A stretch of DNA of 64,000 nt from an uncultured Gemmatimonadaceae bacterium (GTDB lineage Bacteria > Gemmatimonadota > Gemmatimonadetes > Gemmatimonadales > Gemmatimonadaceae): NCBI GenBank assembly GCA_963790305.1, contig CAWBOC010000007.1, positions 214,525 through 278,524 on the forward strand. Reading direction: 5' to 3'. Position 1 is the stretch's first letter. Each line of letters opens with the position of its first letter. Under the pieces are notes generated by a model. The model did not search any database, was not told the origin of the DNA, and saw only the letters and a program-made list of their open reading frames with translations. Both the position numbers and the translations under genes were made by a program. Positions 18,498-28,730 of the stretch are shown here, piece after piece.

Positions 18498-21400
18498 GTG
18501 CTTTCGCTGCGCGCAGCCGCCGACCTGCTCACCGCCGCCGCGACGCTCGAGCATCTGGCACCGCTCGCGCGCGCGGTCGGCGGCTTCGACGCACCGCTCC
18601 CGCTGGCCGATGATGCGCGAGCCGCCATGGGATTGGCGGACACCAGCGACGCCCGCATCGTCTCCGGCACCGGGTCGCTTCGAGTCCTCCTGCTGGAATG
18701 GCCGCGCGGCACCGCGCTACGTGAGCGCATCGCCGCCGCGGCCGCGCGCCTCAGCGCGCGCGCACCACATCTCCTCTGGCTCGTGATCGGCGTCGAGCGC
18801 GCGGGGAGCGCGCTCACCCTGGCGACCTGGACCGCCGACCGCGCACGGCCGCGCATTGCGGCTCTGACCGTCGATCGCCGGTACGTGATACCGAGCGATG
18901 CCGAAACGCTGTGTGCGCTCGCGATCGCGAGCGACGGCGACGACGTCATGACGCACACCCAATGGGTAGAGGTGCTGGGGCGTGATGCGCTGACGCGGCG
19001 GTTCTATCGCGCGCTCGAAGGCGTCGTCACCAACCTCGCCGAGCGCGCCGCGACACGCGCGGGCGCCGCGGATCGACGCGAGATCGCACTGCTCTGGCTC
19101 TCGCGATTGCTCTTTCTCTCCTTTCTCGAGACGAAAGGGTGGCTCGACGGCGACCGCCGGTTTCTCGCTCGCCGGTTCGAAGCGTGCGCGGGAAGCGCGG
19201 GAGGAGCGCACCGACGCTTGCTGCTGCCGTTGTTTTTCGGAACCCTGAACACCCCGGTGCACAAACGCGCGGCGGCGGCGCGCGACTTTGGAACTATTCC
19301 CTTCCTCAACGGCGGCCTCTTCGCCCGATCGCCGCTCGAGCGACGGCATCGTGGGTTGCACTTCCCGGACGATGCGCTCGGTCGCGTCTTCGACGATCTC
19401 CTCACTCGCTATCGCTTCACCGCACGTGAGGACGACGTGCAATGGTCCGAAGCAGCCGTCGACCCCGAAATGCTCGGCAAGGCATTCGAATCGCTCATGG
19501 CAACGCGCGCGCGACGCCAGAGCGGCGCGTACTACACTCCCCACACACTCGTATCACGCGTAACGCGAGCGGCCCTCCTCGAGGCGCTCGCGCTGCCAGG
19601 ACTCCGTCGGGGTGACATCACCGCAGCGCTCGATGGAGCCCCCGTCGACCCGACGACAGCAGCGCTATTGCGGGAACGGGCGCTCGATCTGACGATCCTC
19701 GACCCTGCCTGTGGATCGGGTGCGTTCCTGGTGCACGGGCTCGAGGAGCTGACCGGTCTGCTCGTACGGTGCGGGGACCCGCGCGCCCCGGTCATGATCC
19801 GCCGTTCGCTGCTCACGCGATCCATCTTTGGCGTGGACATCAACCCCACCGCGGTGTGGCTGTGCGAGCTACGCCTCTGGCTCGCCGTCGTCATCGAGCA
19901 TGACGAAGTGAACCCACTTCGCATCCCGCCGCTGCCGAATCTGGATCGCCATATTCGCGTGGGGGACGCGCTCGGTGGTGCCGCCTTCAACGACACCACG
20001 ATCGTGCCCGGCGGCGCTCGTATCGCGCGCCTGCGCGGCCGGTATTCACGTGCGTCCGGGTCGCGAAAGCGAACGCTGGAGCGCGAGCTCGACCGGGCGG
20101 AACGTGCGCACGCCCGCGCAGTGCTCGATGCGAGCATCGCGCGATGCGCCGCGGCGCGCCGCGCTCTGCTCGCCGCCTGGCGCGGTCGCGATCTGTTTGG
20201 CGAGCGCTACGCGCCGACCTCCGCCGAGCGCACCGAGGCTCAGGTGCTCCGCATGCGGTCGCGTGACTCCCGTGCTGCATTACGCGCCCTCACGCACGGC
20301 GGCGCCCTCCCCTTCTCCTTCCCGACACACTTCGCCGACGCCGCGTCGCGTGGCGGGTTCAATGCGATCATTGGCAATCCGCCGTGGGTGCGGCTTCACC
20401 GTATTCCGGTCGAGGCGCGCCGTCGGCTGCGCGCTTCCTTCGCCGTGTTCACGCGGGCGTCGTGGGAGCACGGGGCCGAGGCGGCACATGCTGGCCACGG
20501 GTTCGCTGCCCAGGTGGACCTCTCCGCCCTCTTCGTCGAGCGGTCGCTCGAGCTGTTGCGCGATGGCGCTCCGCTCGCGCTGCTTCTTCCGGCCAAACTC
20601 TGGCGGGCCCTTGCCGGTGGTGGCGTTAGGCGCCTGCTCGCCGAGCACGCCACGGTGGTAGCGCTCGAGGATTGGTCCGAGTTTCCTGCCGCCTTCGACG
20701 CCGCCACCTACCCGTCGCTGCTGGTCGCGCGCCGCGGACGCGCATCCCCTCCGCGCGATGTCGCTCTGACGATCCGCCGGCGCGAGGGAGCCCTCGAATG
20801 GATGCTTCGTCGGGCGGCGTTAGGGTTCGACACGGATGAGGCCGCGCCGTGGCTCATGCTCCCGCCTCCCGCCCGTCAGACCTTCGATCGTCTTCGCGCC
20901 GCCGGCACGCCACTCCACCAGACGTCCCTCGGTCGTCCGCTGCTGGGCGTAAAGTGCGGGTGTAACGAAGCCTTCGTCGTCGGCATTGGCGACGCGGCCA
21001 TCGAGGAGGCGATGCTCCGCCCGGTGATTCGCGGCGAGTCGCTGGCGCCGTGGCGCCTTGCCGACGCGGGCGAGCTGATCGTCTGGACGCACGGGTCGGA
21101 TGGTCGTGTCCTTCCAGTCCTTCCGCCGCGCGCGCGCCGCTGGCTCGAGCGCTGGAGACCGCGCCTCGCCGCGCGGAGCGACGCACGAGGGTCATGCTGG
21201 TGGTCGCTGTTCCGCACGGCTGCCGCCGATTGTCGGCGGGCCCGCGTCGTGTGGGCCGACGTCGGCAAGGCGCCGCGCGCTATCGTTCTCGAAGCAGGCG
21301 ATCCTGCCGTTCCGCTCAACAGCTGTTACGTGATCGCCTGCGATCGTGAGGAGGATGCGCACGCGATCGCCGTGCTGCTGAACTCCATGGTGGCTGCCGC

Positions 21401-21642
21401 GTGGCTCAACGCGCTCGCCGAGCCGGCTCGTGGCGGATATCGTCGCTACCTGGGCTGGACCGTCGCGCTGCTTCCTCTGCCTCACGATTGGGAGCGCGCA
21501 CGAACGCTGCTCGCCCCGCTCGGCAGGCGCGCATCATCCTGCGGCGAGCTCGCCCCAGAATGAAGCGCTGCTCGCGGTCGCGCGAGCCTACCGGCTTCGC
21601 GCCGCCGACCTCGAGCCCCTGCTGGCATGGATGGGCCGCTGA
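18498..21642 (+). CDS. Eco57I/type IIG-like N6-adenine DNA methyltransferase; probable +1 frameshift near 21560
   Basis: FLNGGLF, DPEMLGKAFE, GAYYTP, DPACGSGAFL, GNPPW; C-terminal TRD-like region; +1 frame continues ALLAVARAYRL...WMGR*. Confidence 0.8.
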
Positions 21643-23846
21643 CGCGGGAGTCCGCCGCCAGCGTGCGGGCACTCATCGCGAACGCCTGGCTGGCGCCCGA
21701 TGCGCCACAGACGTTAGGCAGCATCACGCTCCGTCCCCATCAGCGAGAGGCCGTGGCGCGGGCGCGTGTCGCGCTCGCGGCGCACGGTGGAGCGCTCATT
21801 GCCGACGACGTGGGCCTCGGAAAGACCTTCATCGCGCTCGCGCTCGCCGCGGAGGCGCAGCGCTCGCTCGTAGTCGGTCCGGCCGCGCTGCGCGCCATGT
21901 GGTCACACGCCTGTGCGCAAACCGGTGTGAACACGGAGTATCGCTCATATGAAGCACTCAGCCGGTCGCCGATGCCTGCGCAAGGCCACGACCTCGTCAT
22001 CCTCGACGAGGCGCATCACGTGCGTACGCCGCGGACTGCTCGTTACCGGCATCTCGCGCAGGGATTGGTTGGCGCCCGAGTGCTTCTCCTCACCGCGACG
22101 CCGATCCACAACAGCATTCGCGACCTGCGTGCCGTGCTGGCGCTCTATCTGGGCGCGATCGCCTGGGCGATCAATGAGGGTGAGCTTGCAGCACACGTCA
22201 TTCGACGAGAGCAGGAAGACGTGGGGTTCGACGCCCCGCTGCCCACGCTGGCGCCGCCTCGACCGATCACGCTCTCCAGCAATGACGACCTGCTCGACGA
22301 GATAATCTCCCTTCCGGCACCCGTTCCACCGCGCAATGGCGGCGACGGCGGCGCGTTGCTCTCGTTCACCCTCGCCAGATTGTGGGCGTCGAGTCACTTC
22401 GCGCTCCGTGCTGCCCTCCGCCGTCGCCTTCACAAAGCGCGGGCGCTCGAGGATGCGCTGGGCTGCGGACGTCATCCCACTCGTGGAGAGCTGCGCGCCT
22501 GGGCAATTGGCGACGACGCGACGCAGCTCGCCTTTCCCGAGCTTGTGGCGACGAGCGGAGAGGGCGACATCGGAGGTCTGTTAGGTGCGGTGGGTGCGCA
22601 CGCTTCCGCCCTCGAGACACTCATCCGGGCGATGCCGGTTGATTCCCCGCACGATCGCGAACGCGCGGACCGCATACGCGACATCGCGCTGAGGCATTCG
22701 GGCGAGAAGATCATTGCATTCACCCAGTTCGCGGACACGGCCACGGCACTCTTTCGCCTGCTGCGGGACTCTGTCCAATGCTGCCAGCTCGACGGGGGCG
22801 GCGCACGGGTGGCGGGCGGCCGTCTGTCCCGGCGTGAGGCACTCGCGCGATTCGCGCCGCGGGCGAGCGGAGCGGCGGAGCCGGCGGCGTCCGATCGCAT
22901 TGATCTGCTCATCACCACCGATCTCCTCAGCGAAGGAGTCAATCTTCAGGACGCCTCGGTGGTGGTGCACCTCGACCTGCCCTGGACCTCGGCCCGCATG
23001 GCACAGCGTGTTGGCCGCTCCCGCCGTCTTGGCGCCACCCATCCGTCGACCGTGGTTTATGCGATCGCTCCCCCGGCAGCTGCCGACGCGCTGTTGCGGC
23101 AGGAACAGCGGTTGCGCGAGAAGCTTCGCGCGGCAGCTCGTGTCACCGGCGCGTGCGGCGCGATCCTGCCCGTTAGGCTGGTGCTCGCGTCCGCGACCGC
23201 AATCGACGAAGAGAGCGCACCCACGCGCCACGCGCAGCTCCTTCGCGCGCTCCTCGCGCGCTGGCGTACCGGGCCCATCGCGAGTGCAGGGCCGCCAGGC
23301 GCGTACGTTCGCGCCAGTACGTCAGGCGCCCTGGCCCTCGTGAGGCAGGGATCCGAGCGTCTGCTCGTGGCGCTCGTGGATGGCCAGGTGAGTGGCCGCC
23401 CCGCCGACATTCTTGCCGCCGCGCGACTCGCCGATGGCGACGAGAATATCGAGGACGACGTCGATCGAGTCACGCCAGTTCTGACGAAGCTCGAGGCGTG
23501 GCTGTCGGCCCGCGCCGGCGCCAGCGTCGCCGGCGTCGGTCACACCATCGCCGGAGCGGCCCGGCGCGTGGCGATGCAGCGCATCGCGCACATCGCCGCC
23601 CGCACCCCGCACCATCACCGGGCGCAGGTCGCTCCCCTCGCAGCCGAGGCACGGCGGATTGTGACCGCTCCCTACGGGGTTGGCGCGGAGCGCATCCTCG
23701 CCGAGCTCGCTGGTTCTGCCCTGCCCGACGAGGCCTGGCTTCAGGCCGTCCGGGCATTCGGGGATGCGAACTGCAGAGGCGCTGCAGGCGCTAGAGGCGC
23801 TAGAGGCGCTGGGACGATTGAAGCAATCATCGTGTTCGAGCCGTAA
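21627..23846 (+). CDS. SNF2-like SF2 helicase
   Basis: LRPHQ, DDVGLGKT, DEAH, TATP, SEGVNLQ, QRVGR..R. Confidence 0.85.
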   Translation: MDGPLTRESAASVRALIANAWLAPDAPQTLGSITLRPHQREAVARARVALAAHGGALIADDVGLGKTFIALALAAEAQRSLVVGPAALRAMWSHACAQTGVNTEYRSYEALSRSPMPAQGHDLVILDEAHHVRTPRTARYRHLAQGLVGARVLLLTATPIHNSIRDLRAVLALYLGAIAWAINEGELAAHVIRREQEDVGFDAPLPTLAPPRPITLSSNDDLLDEIISLPAPVPPRNGGDGGALLSFTLARLWASSHFALRAALRRRLHKARALEDALGCGRHPTRGELRAWAIGDDATQLAFPELVATSGEGDIGGLLGAVGAHASALETLIRAMPVDSPHDRERADRIRDIALRHSGEKIIAFTQFADTATALFRLLRDSVQCCQLDGGGARVAGGRLSRREALARFAPRASGAAEPAASDRIDLLITTDLLSEGVNLQDASVVVHLDLPWTSARMAQRVGRSRRLGATHPSTVVYAIAPPAAADALLRQEQRLREKLRAAARVTGACGAILPVRLVLASATAIDEESAPTRHAQLLRALLARWRTGPIASAGPPGAYVRASTSGALALVRQGSERLLVALVDGQVSGRPADILAAARLADGDENIEDDVDRVTPVLTKLEAWLSARAGASVAGVGHTIAGAARRVAMQRIAHIAARTPHHHRAQVAPLAAEARRIVTAPYGVGAERILAELAGSALPDEAWLQAVRAFGDANCRGAAGARGARGAGTIEAIIVFEP

Positions 23847-23881
23847 GCGCCTCTAGCGCCTCTAGCGCCTCTAGCGCCTCT
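23776..23881. repeat. family B hairpin; left arm inside the helicase CDS
   Basis: (GGCGCTAGA)n encodes GARGARGA; right arm follows the stop. Confidence 0.85.
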
Positions 23882-23990
23882 TCTCAGCCATGAGCTCGTC
23901 AGCCCCACCCACGTGGCCTCAACGCCCGGCATTCAAACCTTTCGGGCCATTCCGGTATCTGATCCCACGACTCGGAGACATGGTCAGCGG

Positions 23991-24548
23991 ATGCTTGCTG
24001 CAGCACCCGAAGCGGTGACACAACTCGAGAAGGTACCTGCCGATAATGTGGCTCTCGCCGCCTCGGGGGACCGCCGGGCGTTCGAGCGGCTCTATCGCGC
24101 AAACGTCAACCGAGTTTTTGCAGTCTGTGTTCGCATGTCGGGAGATCGCACTCGCGCGGAAGAGCTGACGCAGGATGTGTTCGTTCGCGTGTGGGAGAAG
24201 CTGCCGCTGTTCCGAGCCGAGAGCGCGTTTTCGACGTGGGTACACCGGCTGGCCGTCAACGTCGTCCTGAACGCGCGAAAGGCAGAAGGACGTGAGCGTG
24301 CGCGGCGCGAGCCGGATGGGGAAGACGTGCTCGAGGCGCGAGGGTCGTCACCGCATCACGGCGACCGCATGGACCTGGAGAAAGCGATCGCGACGCTGCC
24401 CCCGGGTGCCCGAAGAGTGTTCGTTCTGCACGACGTCGAAGGCTATAAACACGAAGAGATCGCCGAGATGCTCGGCGTCACCGCCGGCGGAAGCAAGGCC
24501 CAATTGCACCGCGCGCGGATGCTCCTGAGGGAGGCGCTAAATACATGA
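23991..24548 (+). CDS. ECF sigma-70 factor
   Basis: AEELTQDVF, FSTWVHRLAVN, FVLHDVEGY.HEEIA..LG...G.SKAQLHRAR. Confidence 0.9.
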   Translation: MLAAAPEAVTQLEKVPADNVALAASGDRRAFERLYRANVNRVFAVCVRMSGDRTRAEELTQDVFVRVWEKLPLFRAESAFSTWVHRLAVNVVLNARKAEGRERARREPDGEDVLEARGSSPHHGDRMDLEKAIATLPPGARRVFVLHDVEGYKHEEIAEMLGVTAGGSKAQLHRARMLLREALNT

Positions 24549-25345
24549 GCGACCAGAGACTGATGACTTGCGAGCAGCTCGACGAGCGGCTCTCCGATTG
24601 GCTCGAGAACGAGCTGGATCCGGCGACACGCACGCTGCTGGAGCGGCACGTAGCTGCCTGTGCCCGCTGCACGGCGCTGGTGGCGGACCTCGCATTGATC
24701 CGCCGCGAGGCGGAGTCGCTCCCGGAGCTCGTCCCCTCGCGCGATCTGTGGGCCGGGATCGAGGCGCGCATCCAGGCGCCGGTGATCCCAATGGAGCAGC
24801 AGCGCGTCGTGCATGCGGCGTCAGGTCGCAGCAGGGCTCGTCAGGCCTGGTGGCTCGGAGCGGCGGCAGCCGCCCTGATCGCCGTGACCGCGGGCGTGAC
24901 GCACTACATGACGATTCAGACGCGACCCAATGCAGCGGTGGTCGCAGCCGCACCAGTCGTCGAGCGGGCGCCGGATTCGACCGCGCCGGCAGAAGTCATC
25001 GAGCCCGCGGCGTCACTGGCCTCGACGGAGCCGAGCACCACGCAGCGTGACGAGCGTCCCCGCGCCAGCGCACCAACGCGTTCGCCCGTCGCGGAGCAGT
25101 CGGAGTACGCACGTGATGTCGCGCAGCTGCGCACCATCGTCAGTCAGCGACGGACGGAGCTCGATTCGACCACCATCGCGGTGCTGGAGAAGAACCTGGA
25201 GTTGATCGACCGCGCGATCGCTGAAAGCCGCGCGGCCCTCGAGCGCGACCCGGCCAGCGACTTCCTCGCTGATCAGCTCGCGCGCGCCATGACCAAAAAG
25301 GTCGCCATTCTGCGGACGGTGGCTCTGCTGCCGGCCCGCTCCTGA
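24545..25345 (+). CDS. zf-HC2 membrane anti-sigma factor
   Basis: HVAACARC ZAS motif followed by a TM helix. Confidence 0.85.
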   Translation: MSDQRLMTCEQLDERLSDWLENELDPATRTLLERHVAACARCTALVADLALIRREAESLPELVPSRDLWAGIEARIQAPVIPMEQQRVVHAASGRSRARQAWWLGAAAAALIAVTAGVTHYMTIQTRPNAAVVAAAPVVERAPDSTAPAEVIEPAASLASTEPSTTQRDERPRASAPTRSPVAEQSEYARDVAQLRTIVSQRRTELDSTTIAVLEKNLELIDRAIAESRAALERDPASDFLADQLARAMTKKVAILRTVALLPARS

Positions 25346-25360
25346 TAGAGAGTATCGAGA

Positions 25361-26302
25361 ATGTTTGCACGATATCTGTGGGCGGCCGTGCTGACCGCCG
25401 CTACCGCGCTGTCCGCCGGCGCGCAAGCGAAAGACAAGGATAGGGACCGGGATCGGGATCGCGACGACGAGCGCGAGTACACATCGCGCATCGACACGAT
25501 CCTGCCACTCAGCCGCAATGGCGCCGTCGAGATCCGCCTGCACACGGGCGACATCATCGTGACCGGCTGGACGCGCAATGAGGTGAGGGTGCGCGGCGCG
25601 AGCGAGCGGGGACAGATCCGTGTCGATGCCACGGCGTCGCACATCGAGATCGGTACGCGGCCCGAGCACAGCCGGCACGGCGAAGCGCACGTGGAAGTCA
25701 CCGTCCCGGAGGGCACGCGACTCACGGTGGCCGGCAGCTCCGCGGACGTCTCCGTGCGGGGCGTGAAGGGTGAGGTCGAGGTCACGACAATGAACGGCGA
25801 CCTCGAGATCGACAACGCCTCATCGCGCGTGAGCTTCGAGAGCGTGTCGGGGGATGTGCAGATCTCGCGAGTGCAGGGCGATCTGCGCGGCGAGGCAATG
25901 AGCGGTGAGATCGACATCACCAATGTCGCCGGCGTGGTGGAAGTCGAGAGCGTCAGCGGTGATCTCACCCTGCACAACGTGCGGTCGAAGTCGGTGCGCG
26001 CCGAAACGGTGAGCGGGTCCATCGAGTTCGAGGGGCGCACCGAGACCGGCGGTCGCTACGACTTCGCGTCGCATTCGGGGGACGTGCGGCTCATGCTGCC
26101 ATCGGCGTTAGGCGCGTTGATCTCGGTGGAGACCTTCAGCGGTACGATCGACAGCGACTTCCCGATCACGCTTCAGCCCGGACAGCGGCACGGCAAGGAG
26201 TTCGAGTTCCAGGTCGGTGATGGTGGCGCGCGCATCGGCGCGACCTCGTTCAGCGGTGGTATCTACATTCAACGCAGCGGCACCAGCCGCAACCCGGAGT
26301 GA
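25361..26302 (+). CDS. DUF4097 beta-strand repeat secreted protein
   Basis: signal peptide; repeated (S/T)(V/M)(S/N)G(D/E) units. Confidence 0.85.
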   Translation: MFARYLWAAVLTAATALSAGAQAKDKDRDRDRDRDDEREYTSRIDTILPLSRNGAVEIRLHTGDIIVTGWTRNEVRVRGASERGQIRVDATASHIEIGTRPEHSRHGEAHVEVTVPEGTRLTVAGSSADVSVRGVKGEVEVTTMNGDLEIDNASSRVSFESVSGDVQISRVQGDLRGEAMSGEIDITNVAGVVEVESVSGDLTLHNVRSKSVRAETVSGSIEFEGRTETGGRYDFASHSGDVRLMLPSALGALISVETFSGTIDSDFPITLQPGQRHGKEFEFQVGDGGARIGATSFSGGIYIQRSGTSRNPE

Positions 26303-26304
26303 TC

Positions 26305-27105
26305 ATGAACCGTTTCGTTTCCGCCTCGCTCATCCTCGCCTTCGCGGCTCCGGCGCTCGTCGCACAGGAACAGCAGGCCCGAGACTTTCGTTGGGAGGGC
26401 GCCGTCGCGTCCGGCAAGTGGGTCAAGCTTCAGAACATCAACGGCAATGTCGAGGTCGTGCCGGCGTCAGGCAGCCGTGTGGAGATCACCGCCATCAAGC
26501 GCAACCGGCGCGGTGACACGGACGACGTCCGCATCGAGGTGAAGCGCTACGGCACGAACGAGGAGAACGTGTTCGTCTGCGCGATCTGGGGCGAGGCGAC
26601 CTGCGACGAGAATGGCTATCACTCGCCAAAGCGCCGCAATCGCGATCGCGATGACGACAACGATACCGAGGTCGAGTTCACCGTGCGCGTCCCGCGCGGG
26701 GTGAACGTGGATGTCGGCACCGTCAACGGCAGCGTCGACGTTCGTGGCGCCACCGGTGAAGTGCACGCCTCGTCGGTCAACGGCGGGGTCGAGGCGATCT
26801 CCGACGGCGGTCCGGTGCATGCCTCGACGGTGAACGGCAGCATTCGCGCGAGCATGCGCGACCTCGGCGACGGCGATCTCGAGTTCTCGACCGTGAACGG
26901 ATCAATCACGGTGGAGCTGCCGGAGAACCTCAACGCCGACCTTCGGATGACCACGGTGAACGGCACGCTCCACTCGCGTGACTACCCGCTCACCGTCACC
27001 GGCCGCTTCAACCCGCAGAACATGCGCGCGACCATCGGCAAGGGCGGCACGCGCCTGTCGTTCTCGACGGTGAATGGGAACGTGGAGATTCGGAAGCGCG
27101 TCTAG
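26305..27105 (+). CDS. DUF4097 beta-strand repeat secreted protein
   Basis: signal peptide; repeated TVNG units. Confidence 0.85.
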   Translation: MNRFVSASLILAFAAPALVAQEQQARDFRWEGAVASGKWVKLQNINGNVEVVPASGSRVEITAIKRNRRGDTDDVRIEVKRYGTNEENVFVCAIWGEATCDENGYHSPKRRNRDRDDDNDTEVEFTVRVPRGVNVDVGTVNGSVDVRGATGEVHASSVNGGVEAISDGGPVHASTVNGSIRASMRDLGDGDLEFSTVNGSITVELPENLNADLRMTTVNGTLHSRDYPLTVTGRFNPQNMRATIGKGGTRLSFSTVNGNVEIRKRV

Positions 27106-27107
27106 GA

Positions 27108-27199
27108 CTAGAGGCGCTGGACGCGCTAGAGGCGCTAGAGGCGCTGAAGGGGTTAGCCCCCTCAGCGCCTCTAGCGCCTCTAGCGCATCTAGCGCCTCA
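27108..27199. repeat. family B hairpin
   Basis: between convergent genes; the WYL-gene stop lies at the arm edge. Confidence 0.9.
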
Positions 27200-27517
27200 G
27201 ATCTCCAGCGTCTCGCTCACCCTCACCGTCGCCACAACCTGCCCGGACGAGCTGCTCACCGGGCGAAAGTCGCGACGCGGCTCGAAACGCTCCGGAAGAA
27301 GCTCGAACGTCTCGATTCGAGCGACCTCGAAGCTCTTCCACCCGTGCTCCGAGTCGGTCTCGGTATACCCCCGAACCTGGTAGGCGTCGAGGATCTCCGT
27401 CCCATCCGGCTTCCGAACGATCGCGTGCGGCTGCACCGTGCGTGGTCCCCCGGACACGTAGGTCATCAACACCACCTGCCGTTCCTCCAACGCGCGCACA
27501 ATGTCATTGCGATCCAT
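27197..27517 (-). CDS. standalone WYL-like domain protein
   Basis: L.Y....RTVQPH.I......L.AYQ....WKSF.V.RI; RBS present. Confidence 0.65.
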   Translation of the reverse strand: MDRNDIVRALEERQVVLMTYVSGGPRTVQPHAIVRKPDGTEILDAYQVRGYTETDSEHGWKSFEVARIETFELLPERFEPRRDFRPVSSSSGQVVATVRVSETLEI

Positions 27518-27562
27518 GTCCCTCTCTTGGTGATGTGCGTCACAATCATACGCAATTCTCGT

Positions 27563-28624
27563 TCATTTTGTAGGAGACATTTCCCGAAGGCTCATCCCAC
27601 CACGGCGACGGGAGCCCGATCGCCGCGTCGCGACCAGCTCGGCCACCACGCTGATGGCGATCTCCTCGGGGGTATCAGCCCCGATCGAGAGACCAACAGG
27701 GGCATGGATCTGGTCAAGCCGGGCACGCGATATCCCCTGCTCCTCCAACAGCTTCCAGGTCAACGCCACCTTCCGTCGGCTCCCGAGCATCCCGAGGTAA
27801 CGGGTGTCGATCCGCGCCAGCTGCTCGACCACCACCGCGTCGTGCTGATGACCGCGAGTCGCCACCACGACGTAGGTGTCGGCACCGATCCCGAGCTCTG
27901 GCGGCAGATCGTGATAGACGCAGGCGACGGTCGCCTCCGCAGCCGGGTGTCGCGCCGGGTCGGCGAAGTCCGCCCGATCGTCTACGACCGTCACCCTCCA
28001 CCCCGCGAACGCCGCCGCCTGGGCAACCTTGGCGCCGACATGCCCGCCCCCAAAGACCACGAGCCTGGGCTTGCCGACAACCGGCTCGGCGAGGACCTCC
28101 CCCGCGAGCGCCGGTAGCTCCGAGCGCCGATCGAAGGAGCCGGCCACGCCGTGCATCGCTGGGGACGCGCTGCCAATGACGAGGCCCCCATCGAATAGCG
28201 CCTTGTGTGGTCCCTTCTCCCAGTTCGCGTCGGTCAACAACACGGCGCGCTCATCCTTGGCGAGCGCCTCGATGCACGCGTAGTAGACGCCCGCGAGCCC
28301 CTCGTTGGGGTAGACCGGCTCGATGAACATCACCGCCGTACCGCCACAGCTGAGGCCGTAATCCCCCGCGAGCTCCGAGTTGAGCGTGTGCTCGCTGATC
28401 CTTGGCCGGCGCGTTGCCGCTACCTCGAGCGCGCGTTCGGTGATCTCTGCTTCCAGACATCCCCCACCCACCGTACCCAGTCGAACGCCTAGGGGAGTGA
28501 CGAGCATCTTCGCCGTCGCACTCATGGGAAGGGAGCCATGGCGCCGCGCGACGGTGGCGAGCGCACCCTCGCCGCTGCCGGCGGAGAGACGTGCGCACTC
28601 GGCGAGGATGGATGGGTCGGCCAT
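27563..28624 (-). CDS. xdhC: XdhC/CoxI Moco insertion chaperone
   Basis: GTVGGGCLEA, CGG, FGGGHV, TRGH.HD, YLGMLGSRRK, PVGL.IGA.TPEEIA. Confidence 0.9.
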   Translation of the reverse strand: MADPSILAECARLSAGSGEGALATVARRHGSLPMSATAKMLVTPLGVRLGTVGGGCLEAEITERALEVAATRRPRISEHTLNSELAGDYGLSCGGTAVMFIEPVYPNEGLAGVYYACIEALAKDERAVLLTDANWEKGPHKALFDGGLVIGSASPAMHGVAGSFDRRSELPALAGEVLAEPVVGKPRLVVFGGGHVGAKVAQAAAFAGWRVTVVDDRADFADPARHPAAEATVACVYHDLPPELGIGADTYVVVATRGHQHDAVVVEQLARIDTRYLGMLGSRRKVALTWKLLEEQGISRARLDQIHAPVGLSIGADTPEEIAISVVAELVATRRSGSRRRGGMSLREMSPTK

Positions 28625-28730
28625 GCAAAGCAGGTTATGTGAGGAACACCGAGGGCGACAGGGGCGCTCTGGCGCCACGAAGCTGGGCTCCCGTATTATG
28701 TGACTCCCAGCTGCTCCCGGGGCGGGAAGC

